Of a stretch of DNA of 64,000 bases, positions 1 through 7,649 are shown piece by piece. The number at the start of each line of letters is the position of its first letter. Position 1 is the first letter of the stretch. Made by a program: the position numbers and the translations under genes. Origin of the DNA: an uncultured delta proteobacterium (GTDB taxonomy: Bacteria; Myxococcota; Myxococcia; Myxococcales; Anaeromyxobacteraceae); assembly GCA_963828255.1 (NCBI GenBank), contig CAWHDZ010000027.1, positions 64,001 through 128,000 of the forward strand, read 5' to 3'. The notes beneath the pieces were generated by a model. That model was not told the DNA's origin, made no database searches, and saw nothing but the letters and a program-made list of their open reading frames with translations.

Positions 1-7
1 GAGGAGG

Positions 8-904
8 TCATATCTTTCGGGCCTCGGCCGCGACGAAGAGCCCGCGGGGGCGTACGGCGAGGACCAGCGCCATCACGAGATAGATGCTGAAGAGCTCCAC
101 CTGTGGGAAGAAGTGGACGGCGGCCGAGCGGACCAGGCCGACGATGAGCGCGCCCAGCATGGCGCCCTGCATCGAGCCCAGGCCGCCGATGACCACCACG
201 GCGAAGGCCAGCACGATCACCTCGACGCCCATGCCGGGGACCACCGAGACGGTGGGCGCGGTGAGCGCGCCGCCGATTGCGGCCAGCATGGTGCCGAGCG
301 TGAAGGTGACGAGGTAGACGCGGTTCACGTTGATCCCCATGGCCGCGCTCACCTCGCGGTCGTGGATGACGGCGGTGAGGAGCTTCCCGTAGCGGGTGCC
401 GTAGATTCCGAAGCGCAAGCCCACGCCGACCAGCACCGCGGCCCCGACCAGGACCGCGCTGTAGACCGGATAGGAGAGGTCGCCCATCTCGACGTTGCCG
501 AGCAGCCCGTAGGGCTCCGAGACGAAGTAGGACTCCACGCCCCAGACGAGCTTGATGACGTCCTCGACGACGAGGAAGAGGGCGTAGGTGACGAGGACCA
601 GCACCACCTCGTCCCGCCCGTAGCAGAAGCGCAGCAGGCCCCGCTCGATGAGCGGGCCCACCACGAGGCCGACGAGCAGCGCCGCCAGGACCAGCATGGC
701 GTAGCTGCCCATCGGCGCCCAGCCGGCGCGCAGCCAGGCGCCGGCGAGGGAGGCCGCGGCGTAGGCGCCCAGCGCGTACAGGCTGCCGTGCGCCATGTTG
801 AGGATGCGCATCACGCCGTAGATGGTCGTGAGACCAGCGGCGATGACGAACAGCCACGACGCGTAGATCACGCCGTCCACCAGGACGGCCAGGATCGTGC
901 TCAT
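8..904 (-). CDS. Branched-chain amino acid (HAAT) family ABC transporter permease, LivH-like
   Basis: Hydrophobic 298-aa ORF with GLTTIYGVMRILNMAHG and VVVIGGLGS motifs. The stop overlaps an ATG (9-11, minus strand) of a next gene running off the window. Confidence 0.92.
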   Translation of the reverse strand: MSTILAVLVDGVIYASWLFVIAAGLTTIYGVMRILNMAHGSLYALGAYAAASLAGAWLRAGWAPMGSYAMLVLAALLVGLVVGPLIERGLLRFCYGRDEVVLVLVTYALFLVVEDVIKLVWGVESYFVSEPYGLLGNVEMGDLSYPVYSAVLVGAAVLVGVGLRFGIYGTRYGKLLTAVIHDREVSAAMGINVNRVYLVTFTLGTMLAAIGGALTAPTVSVVPGMGVEVIVLAFAVVVIGGLGSMQGAMLGALIVGLVRSAAVHFFPQVELFSIYLVMALVLAVRPRGLFVAAEARKI

Positions 905-938
905 GTCGAGCGGCCTCCCTGCCGGGGTGAGGGGACGG

Positions 939-2240
939 CTACGGGGTCTTGAAGCCGGCCTTGATCCAGTCGGCGCTCTTCACGCCCTCGGGCGGGTTCA
1001 CCTTGTCGGCCGGGTAGCGCTTCACCTTCTCGAAGGTGAGCTTGCCCTTCACCATCTTGGCCTGGCCGTAGACCGTCTCCTCGATGGCCTGGTGCCCCTT
1101 GCCGAGCGCCATCTTGATGGTTCCGCTGGGCGTCTCGAAGGTGAGCCCCTCGAAGGCGGCGATGATCTGGTCCTGCGTGGGCGCGGCCGTGCCGGCGCCC
1201 TGGGCCTTCTCGTAGGCCGACTTGAGGCCGAGGATGGCCTGGGACATGTGGTAGGCGGGGTAGTTGGGGGAGAGGACGAAGCGGTCCTGGTAGGCGGCGC
1301 GGTAGAAGCGGTTCAGCTCGTTGTCCGGCGCGTACACCCCGTGCGGGCCGCGGGCGCCGATCATGGTGCCGTCGGGGATCTTGTCGCCCAGCTTGTGGGT
1401 GGCGGTCTCGCCGCAGGTCAGCACCGCCTTGCTGTTCTTGAGCGCGCCGCGGGGAACGGCCTGGAGCACGAAGGCATCGAGGTCGCCACCCCAGAAGCTG
1501 GAGTGGATGACGTCGGGCTTGCCCGCCATGAGGGCCGAGATCTCGGCGCCGTACTGGCCAGCGAGCAGCTTGGGCATCTGGGAGGTGGTCACCTCGACGC
1601 CGGGTCGGAGCACCTTCATCGAGGCCTCGAAGTCGTTCCAGGAATCCTGGCCCCAGGCGTAGTTCTGGTTGATGCCGGCGATCTTCTTGGCCTTGGGCAT
1701 CATCTCGGTGACGTAGAGGGCGGCGGCCACGTTGTCCATGGCGGCGTGGCTGGAGGTGCGGAAGACGTACTTGTAGGAGCCGTCCTCGAAGATGCGCGGC
1801 GTGCCGCAGTCGAAGAAGATGGTGAGGGCCTTCAGCTCCTCGGCCACCGGCGCGACGGCCAGGCAGTCGCCGGAGGAGATGTAGCCGATGACGGCGTCCA
1901 CCTTCTGGCGCTGCACCAGGTCGCGGAACTCGCTCACCTGCTTGGTGGTGCCGCCGGCCTCGTCGAGGAAGACCAGCTCGATCTGCCGGCCGCCGATGCC
2001 GGCCTTGGCGTAGGGCGCGGGGACCTTGCCGCCGTTCAGGGTCTCGGCCAGCACCTCGGCGCCGTTGCGGGCCGGGACGCCGAAGGGGCCGGCGGCGGCG
2101 CCGGAGAGGAAGGTGACCACGCCGATGCGGAACCTGGGCTCGTCGGCGGCGCGGGTGGCGGTGGGCAGGAGCAGCGCGGCCCCGGCCGCGACTGCGGCCA
2201 GGCGGGCGATGCGGGAGCGGCTCTTCGGGGTCTGCGTCAT
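939..2240 (-). CDS. ABC transporter periplasmic substrate-binding protein (type 1 PBP, HAAT/Liv-like)
   Basis: Signal peptide, then RIGVVTFLSGAAAGPFG, GIGGRQIELVFLDE and NQNYAWG; GGAGG RBS upstream; lies directly upstream of the LivH-like permease. Confidence 0.9.
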   Translation of the reverse strand: MTQTPKSRSRIARLAAVAAGAALLLPTATRAADEPRFRIGVVTFLSGAAAGPFGVPARNGAEVLAETLNGGKVPAPYAKAGIGGRQIELVFLDEAGGTTKQVSEFRDLVQRQKVDAVIGYISSGDCLAVAPVAEELKALTIFFDCGTPRIFEDGSYKYVFRTSSHAAMDNVAAALYVTEMMPKAKKIAGINQNYAWGQDSWNDFEASMKVLRPGVEVTTSQMPKLLAGQYGAEISALMAGKPDVIHSSFWGGDLDAFVLQAVPRGALKNSKAVLTCGETATHKLGDKIPDGTMIGARGPHGVYAPDNELNRFYRAAYQDRFVLSPNYPAYHMSQAILGLKSAYEKAQGAGTAAPTQDQIIAAFEGLTFETPSGTIKMALGKGHQAIEETVYGQAKMVKGKLTFEKVKRYPADKVNPPEGVKSADWIKAGFKTP

Positions 2241-2262
2241 CGTTCGTTCCTCCGGGTGGGGG

Positions 2263-3567
2263 CTACTGCACGACGTGGGTTGCTTCCTTCACCTTCGCCC
2301 GCCGGGATCGGACCTCCTCCGGCGGGGGCTTGAGTCGTTCCGGCTCGTAGGCGATCCAGTTCCCCAGCATGACGCGGGCGGGCGGGAAGCCCGCGTCGGG
2401 AACCACCTCGCCCACGGCCTGGTGCTGGGAGATCTGGTGGGTCTCCGGGTCGATACGGGAGGTGAAGCCGGGGGGGTCCTCGGGCAGGGCGAGCGAGAGC
2501 CCCTCCAGCGCCTTCACTAACAGTGAAGTCTGGGCGGCCGGTCCGGCCCGGCGGACCGCCTCGGCGATGGCCACCACCCCGGCGTAGGCCCCCTCGGCGG
2601 CGTAGGTCGGGTAGCGCCCCTCCAGCCGGTGGAAGGCCTGCACGAAGCCGCGGTTCTGCGGCGTGTCGGGCCAGTTGTTGTGGTGGCGCGCCGAGAGGAT
2701 GAGCCCGGGCGGCGGCCGGTCCCCCAGCGCCACCATCACGTCGTAGTTCCCGCCGGTGTCGAAGTTGGCGAGCCGGACATGGGTCAGGAGGTCGGTGGCC
2801 GCGGCCTGCTTCAGGAAGGCGATGAAGTCGGCGCCCCAGAGGGCCACCACCAGCACGTCGGGCCGGGACTGCTGGATGGCGCGGATGTAGCCCGAGTAGT
2901 CGGGCTCGTAGAGCTTCGGCCAGAACTCGCCGACCGCCTCGTACGTCACCGCCTGTCGCGCCAGCGCGTCGCGCAGGTCGCGCAGGGCGACGTGCCCGTA
3001 GTCGTAGTCGGATCCCAGGAAGGCCAGCCGCTTCCAGGGCGAGCGCCCCTGGAGGTCTGCCAGGTAGAGCGCGCCGGCGGCCATCGAGGCGTAGGTGTCG
3101 TTGGAGACGCGGAAGTAGTGATCGTGGAACCCCTCGATGGTGAGGCGCGAGGAGGCGTGGTCGGTGCCCACGAAGATCACGTCCCGCCGGGCGGCCAGCC
3201 GGCTCACCGCCTGCCCCACCCCGGAGCTCACCACGCCGCAGAGGAACCGGACCCGGTCGCGCCGGATGTAGTCCTCGGCGAGGCGCACGGCGTTGGAGAC
3301 CTTGGAGCCGTAGTCCTCCACGATGACCCGGAGGCGCGGTGGCCTCCCCGGGCCGGTCTCGGCGGCGATGCGCTCCAGCGCGACGCGGATGCCGCCCACG
3401 CTGTCCTTCCCGTAGATGGCGGAGCGGCCGGACATGGGGAACATGCAGCCGACGGTGACCTCGGCCTCCTCGGCCATGGCGCCGAGCTCGATCCGCGCGC
3501 CGGCGGGCGACGCCGCGGCTGCGAGGGCCAGGGTGACGGTGGCGAGCGTGGCGCGGAGGCAGGGCAA
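2263..3567 (-). CDS. Second type 1 periplasmic substrate-binding protein (HAAT/Liv-like)
   Basis: VGCMFPMSGRSAIYG, GVVSSGV, DHYFRVSND and DYDYG motifs. Start placed at TTG 3567, after AGGAG and before a signal-peptide-like stretch; the ORF track extends to 3675. Confidence 0.85.
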   Translation of the reverse strand: MPCLRATLATVTLALAAAASPAGARIELGAMAEEAEVTVGCMFPMSGRSAIYGKDSVGGIRVALERIAAETGPGRPPRLRVIVEDYGSKVSNAVRLAEDYIRRDRVRFLCGVVSSGVGQAVSRLAARRDVIFVGTDHASSRLTIEGFHDHYFRVSNDTYASMAAGALYLADLQGRSPWKRLAFLGSDYDYGHVALRDLRDALARQAVTYEAVGEFWPKLYEPDYSGYIRAIQQSRPDVLVVALWGADFIAFLKQAAATDLLTHVRLANFDTGGNYDVMVALGDRPPPGLILSARHHNNWPDTPQNRGFVQAFHRLEGRYPTYAAEGAYAGVVAIAEAVRRAGPAAQTSLLVKALEGLSLALPEDPPGFTSRIDPETHQISQHQAVGEVVPDAGFPPARVMLGNWIAYEPERLKPPPEEVRSRRAKVKEATHVVQ

Positions 3568-3584
3568 GGGGCTCTCCTGCGGAG

Positions 3585-3600
3585 AGCAGGGACCGTGCCG
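3585..3600 (-). promoter_or_regulatory. Candidate sigma54 (-24/-12) promoter
   Basis: Minus strand reads CGGCACGGTCCCTGCT, i.e. GG-N10-GC, between a sigma54 activator gene and the transporter genes. The implied leader is very short, which lowers confidence. Confidence 0.5.
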
Positions 3601-3729
3601 GGGGTGCTCGCCCTGGACCGGTGGTGTTCGGCCAGCGATTCGGGGGTTCCCTCCGTTCGTGACGCACCGGGTCATGCCGGGAGTGGGGCGGATTCCGCTC
3701 CGGTGCGCGCGCGGTGGAGCGGAAGCCGC

Positions 3730-5085
3730 TCATGGGAAGCCGAGCCGCTGCAGGCGGCGCTTCAGCGCGTGGCGGGAGATCCCCAGGATCTCGGCGGCCC
3801 GGCCGCGGTGGCCATCGGCCTCGCGGAGCGCCTTCTCGACGAGCAGCCTCTCGGTCTCGGCCAGCTCGTGGCCGATCGAGCGCCCCGCGGCGGCGTGCCG
3901 CTCCGCCCCGGCCGGGCGTGGGGGACTCCGCATCTCCGGGGGCAGGTCCTCCGGGGCGATGGTCCTCCCCGGTCCAAGGATGGTGAGCCGCTCGACCAGG
4001 TTGCGCAGCTCCCGCACGTTGCCCGGCCAGCGGTGGGCGAGGAGAACGGCCTCGGCCTCGGGCGTGAAGCGGACCGGGGCGCAGCGCTCGTCCCGCCCGT
4101 AGCGGGCCGCGAAGTGGTGGGCCAGGAGCAGCGCGTCGCCCCCCCGCTCGCGCAGCGGCGGCAGCACCACCTGGACCACGTTGAGCCGGTAGTAGAGGTC
4201 CTCGCGGAAGGCACCGGCGCGGACCTCGGCGGCCAGATCGCGGTTGGTCGCCGCGACGACCCGTGCGTCGGCGGTGAGCGTCCGGGCCGAGCCGATGGGG
4301 CGGTAGCTCCCGTCCTCCAGGAAGTGGAGGAGCTTGGCCTGGAGCGGCAGCGGCAGCTCGCCCACCTCGTCGAGGAAGAGCGTGCCGCCGTCGGCGAGCG
4401 TCGCGAGCCCCACCCGCTTCTGGTCGGCGCCGGTGTACGAGCCCTTCTCGGCGCCGAAGAGCTCGGCCTCGATGAGGTGCTCGGGCAGCGACGCGCAGTT
4501 CACCTCGATGAACGGCCCGCGGGCCCGGGCGCCCTGGGCGTGGATGGCCCGGGCCACGAGCGCCTTCCCGGTCCCCGACTCGCCCAGGAGCAGCACCCGG
4601 GACGCGCTCGACGCGCCGACGCGGCGCACCGACTCGAGGAGCGCCACCACGGGTGCGCTCTCCCCCACCATCTCGCCGCGCGCCACCTCGGTCTCGCGGT
4701 AACGGGCGATCTCCTGGGCCATGCGCTGCCGCTCCATGGCCGCACGGAGGGTGACGAATAGATCGTCGAGGTCGAAGGGCTTGGTCAGGTAGTCGAAGGC
4801 GCCCCGCTTCACCGCCTGCACGGCGGAGCGGGTGTCCCCGTGGGCCGAGATCATCACCACCGGCACGTCGGGGAGCGCGACGCGGAGCCGGTCGAGGAAG
4901 TCGAGCCCGGACCCGTCGGGGAGCCGGAGGTCGAGGAGCACGAGCGAGGGCGGCGCGGCCTGGGCGGCGGAGAGCCCGGCCTCGCCGGTCGAGGCGCTCG
5001 ACACCGCGTGCCCCTCGGCCCGCAGCGCGAAGCCCAGCGAGTTCACCAGCGAGGCCTCGTCGTCGATGATCAGGATGTCGGCCAT
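3730..5085 (-). CDS. Sigma54-dependent response regulator (NtrC/AtoC family: REC-AAA+-HTH)
   Basis: IIDDE and LLDLRLPD receiver, GESGTGKA Walker A, GSYTGA (GAFTGA variant), LFLDEV, FREDLYYRL, WPGNVREL and a C-terminal Fis-type HTH. Confidence 0.96.
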   Translation of the reverse strand: MADILIIDDEASLVNSLGFALRAEGHAVSSASTGEAGLSAAQAAPPSLVLLDLRLPDGSGLDFLDRLRVALPDVPVVMISAHGDTRSAVQAVKRGAFDYLTKPFDLDDLFVTLRAAMERQRMAQEIARYRETEVARGEMVGESAPVVALLESVRRVGASSASRVLLLGESGTGKALVARAIHAQGARARGPFIEVNCASLPEHLIEAELFGAEKGSYTGADQKRVGLATLADGGTLFLDEVGELPLPLQAKLLHFLEDGSYRPIGSARTLTADARVVAATNRDLAAEVRAGAFREDLYYRLNVVQVVLPPLRERGGDALLLAHHFAARYGRDERCAPVRFTPEAEAVLLAHRWPGNVRELRNLVERLTILGPGRTIAPEDLPPEMRSPPRPAGAERHAAAGRSIGHELAETERLLVEKALREADGHRGRAAEILGISRHALKRRLQRLGFP

Positions 5086-5086
5086 G

Positions 5087-6781
5087 TCATGCCTCGCTTC
5101 GCACCAGCGTGACCCGCGCCGTGGAGCCGGCGCCGTGCACGCTCTCCAGCGTGAGCCGGCCGTCGTTCAGTTCGGCCAGCTGCCGGGAGATGGAGAGGCC
5201 GAGCCCCGTGCCGCCGGACTTGGTGGTGAAGAAGGGCTCGAAGACGTGCTGCAGGGTCACGCTGGTGATGCCCGACCCGGTGTCCACCACCTCGATCACC
5301 ACCTGCGGCCCGGCCGGGTATGCGTCGAGCGTCACCTTGCCGCCCGGGGGGGTGGCGTGCAGCGCGTTGAGCGTGAGGTTCATCAGGATCTGCAGGAGGT
5401 GGTCGGAATCGGCGACGGCCCGGAGGTCGGGGGGCGCCTTCACCTCCAGTCTCACCTGGCGCCGCTCCGCCTCGTTGGCCAGCAGCGCGTGGAGGCGGCG
5501 CGCCACCTCGCGGACCTGGACCACCACCCGCTCCGGCGGGCGTGGCCTGCCGAAGGCCAGCAGCTCCTCCATGGCGCGGGCCATGCGGTCGATCTCCATC
5601 TCCATGTCGCGCAGGAGCTGGAGGCGGGGGGGGTCCTGCTCGGCCCGTTCCAGCGCCTGGACCGTGGTCTTGAGCGTGGCCAGCGGGTTGCGCACCTCGT
5701 GGGCCACGCCCGTGGAGAGCTTGCCGAGAACGGCCAGCCGCTCCATGCGCACCGCGCCGTCCACCAGGCCGCCCAGCTTGGCCGACATCCGGTTGAACGC
5801 AACGGCCACGAAGCCGAGTTCGTCGTCGCCGGCGTCGGGGACCCGGTGGGAGAAGTCGCCCCCAGCGATGACCTCGGCGCCGTGCGCCAGCATGTCCACG
5901 CGGCGCTGCAGGCGGCCCGCCATGCGCGCCGAGAGCCAGGCGATGGCCCCCAGGATCACGGCGGCCGCCACGATGAGCGCGTGGCGGGCGGCCACGAACG
6001 GCCGCAGCAGTCCGGCCGAGTCCACCACCAGGACCGGGCGCCACCCGGGAGCCACCTCCGGCCCCTCGACGAGCCTGCCCTGGATGGCGACCGGGCGCCC
6101 CACGCCGTCGAAGTCGCCGCCTGGCGTCCGGAGCGCCGGGACCACCACGCCCGCGTCCGAGGGGGCTCCGAGCAGCTCGGTCAGGGAGGCGAGCCGGACG
6201 TGCAGCGCGATCGCTCCGCCTCCCGGCAGGGACTCCTGGAGGAGGAACCAGCCGGACTGGCCCGGGGCGGGCGGCGACGGCCCGACCAGCTCCGCCTCCC
6301 GGAACCGGGTTCGCGGGAGCCCGGCCACCTGGAACGGGACCTCGGGCCAGTAGGGGGGGCCGGAGGCGGCGGCCCCGGCCATGGCCCGCGTCAGCTCGCC
6401 GGCCTCGGAGAAGAAGAGGATGCCGTAGAGGTCCTGGGCATCGGCGCCGATGCGCAGCAGGGAGGCGGTCTCCCCTCCCCTTCTCGCGTCGGCGTCCTCG
6501 ACGGCGCGGACCGCCGGGTAGCGCGCCAGCGTCTCGAGCTGGTAGGTGCGCTCCTCGAGGAAGGAGCCGATGCGGCTCGATGTGGCGGCCAGCCTGGCGT
6601 CGAGCTGCTCGCCGGTGAACTCGTCGAGGAGGCCGCGGGCGTAGGAGTCGTAGAGGGCCCCAACCACGGTCATGGGGACGGCCGCCGCCGCGAGCAAGAG
6701 CAGCGCGTACCTCCGGACGAGGCTCCTGCGATACGGGCTGGGCGGTCGGGTCTGCACGCGGCCTCGGCGATCCTGTAGCAC
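5087..6781 (-). CDS. Membrane sensor histidine kinase (TM-extracytoplasmic domain-TM-HAMP-HisKA-HATPase)
   Basis: AHEVRNPL H-box, NLTLNA N-box, DTGSG, FEPFFTTK, GTGLGL; two hydrophobic segments. Start uncertain by about 10 codons. Confidence 0.94.
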   Translation of the reverse strand: MLQDRRGRVQTRPPSPYRRSLVRRYALLLLAAAAVPMTVVGALYDSYARGLLDEFTGEQLDARLAATSSRIGSFLEERTYQLETLARYPAVRAVEDADARRGGETASLLRIGADAQDLYGILFFSEAGELTRAMAGAAASGPPYWPEVPFQVAGLPRTRFREAELVGPSPPAPGQSGWFLLQESLPGGGAIALHVRLASLTELLGAPSDAGVVVPALRTPGGDFDGVGRPVAIQGRLVEGPEVAPGWRPVLVVDSAGLLRPFVAARHALIVAAAVILGAIAWLSARMAGRLQRRVDMLAHGAEVIAGGDFSHRVPDAGDDELGFVAVAFNRMSAKLGGLVDGAVRMERLAVLGKLSTGVAHEVRNPLATLKTTVQALERAEQDPPRLQLLRDMEMEIDRMARAMEELLAFGRPRPPERVVVQVREVARRLHALLANEAERRQVRLEVKAPPDLRAVADSDHLLQILMNLTLNALHATPPGGKVTLDAYPAGPQVVIEVVDTGSGITSVTLQHVFEPFFTTKSGGTGLGLSISRQLAELNDGRLTLESVHGAGSTARVTLVRSEA

Positions 6782-6863
6782 GAAGCGGCGATGTCCCGTG
6801 CAGGCTCGGACGCATGACGGGCGACGGGATTCAGGGCCACCCCCTCCGCGACGCGGACACCCG

Positions 6864-7649
6864 TCACTGCGAGCGTTGCGGGGAACGGCTGGGCTGACCC
6901 GGCGCCCGGACGCCCCGGCGCAGGGCCCCCAGGATGGAGAGGAGCCGCGCCACGTCCCCCTGCCGACGCAGGTAGTAGGCGGCGGCGCTGTGGCGGCGCC
7001 TGCCCACCGCCACCCCCACCAGCGGCACCTCCGAAGCGCGGCGGAAGACGTCCTCGTCGGTGTCGTCGTCCCCCACGAAGATCACCCGCTCGTACCGCCC
7101 GCGGCGCACCAGGCGCACCAGCGCGTCCCCCTTGTCCGGGGCACCGTCGACCAGGGCATTCCGGACACGTTTCCCCCCGACCACGCGGGCGCCCTCGAGC
7201 CCGGCGAGGGCGGCCGCGGCGGCCCTCTGCGCCTCCGCACCCCGGACGTGGACCGCCAGCGAGAGCCCCTTGTTCTCGACGTCGACGCCGCGGACCCCCG
7301 CCAGCTCGGCCTCGAGCCGAAGGCGCCAGCGCCGGACCTGCCGTCTCCATCCCGCTGCTCCGGGAAGGGCCGGCCGGTCCTCCGCGCCGTGGTTCCCCAC
7401 CACGGCGAGCAACCGGACCCCGCCCAGGCGGGCCGCGACGTCGTCACGCGATCTCCCCGAGATCACCGCGCAGGGCCATGCCGTCGCGACCGCGCACAGC
7501 AGCCGGACGGTGGCGGCGGGAAGGCGCGCGTGGTGGCGCGACTCCACGATGGGCGCCAGGGTCCCGTCGAAGTCGAGGACCAGCAGGGTGCGGTGGGCGG
7601 CCAGCTCCTGGAGCAGGGGCCGGGAGCGCCGGCCCAGGACGTCCTTCAC
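6864..7649 (-). CDS. otsB: Trehalose-6-phosphate phosphatase (HAD family)
   Basis: LDFDGTLAPIV, ISGR, GNHGAE, ENKG and GDDDTDEDVF motifs; GTG start overlaps the otsA stop (GTGA). Confidence 0.93.
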   Translation of the reverse strand: MKDVLGRRSRPLLQELAAHRTLLVLDFDGTLAPIVESRHHARLPAATVRLLCAVATAWPCAVISGRSRDDVAARLGGVRLLAVVGNHGAEDRPALPGAAGWRRQVRRWRLRLEAELAGVRGVDVENKGLSLAVHVRGAEAQRAAAAALAGLEGARVVGGKRVRNALVDGAPDKGDALVRLVRRGRYERVIFVGDDDTDEDVFRRASEVPLVGVAVGRRRHSAAAYYLRRQGDVARLLSILGALRRGVRAPGQPSRSPQRSQ

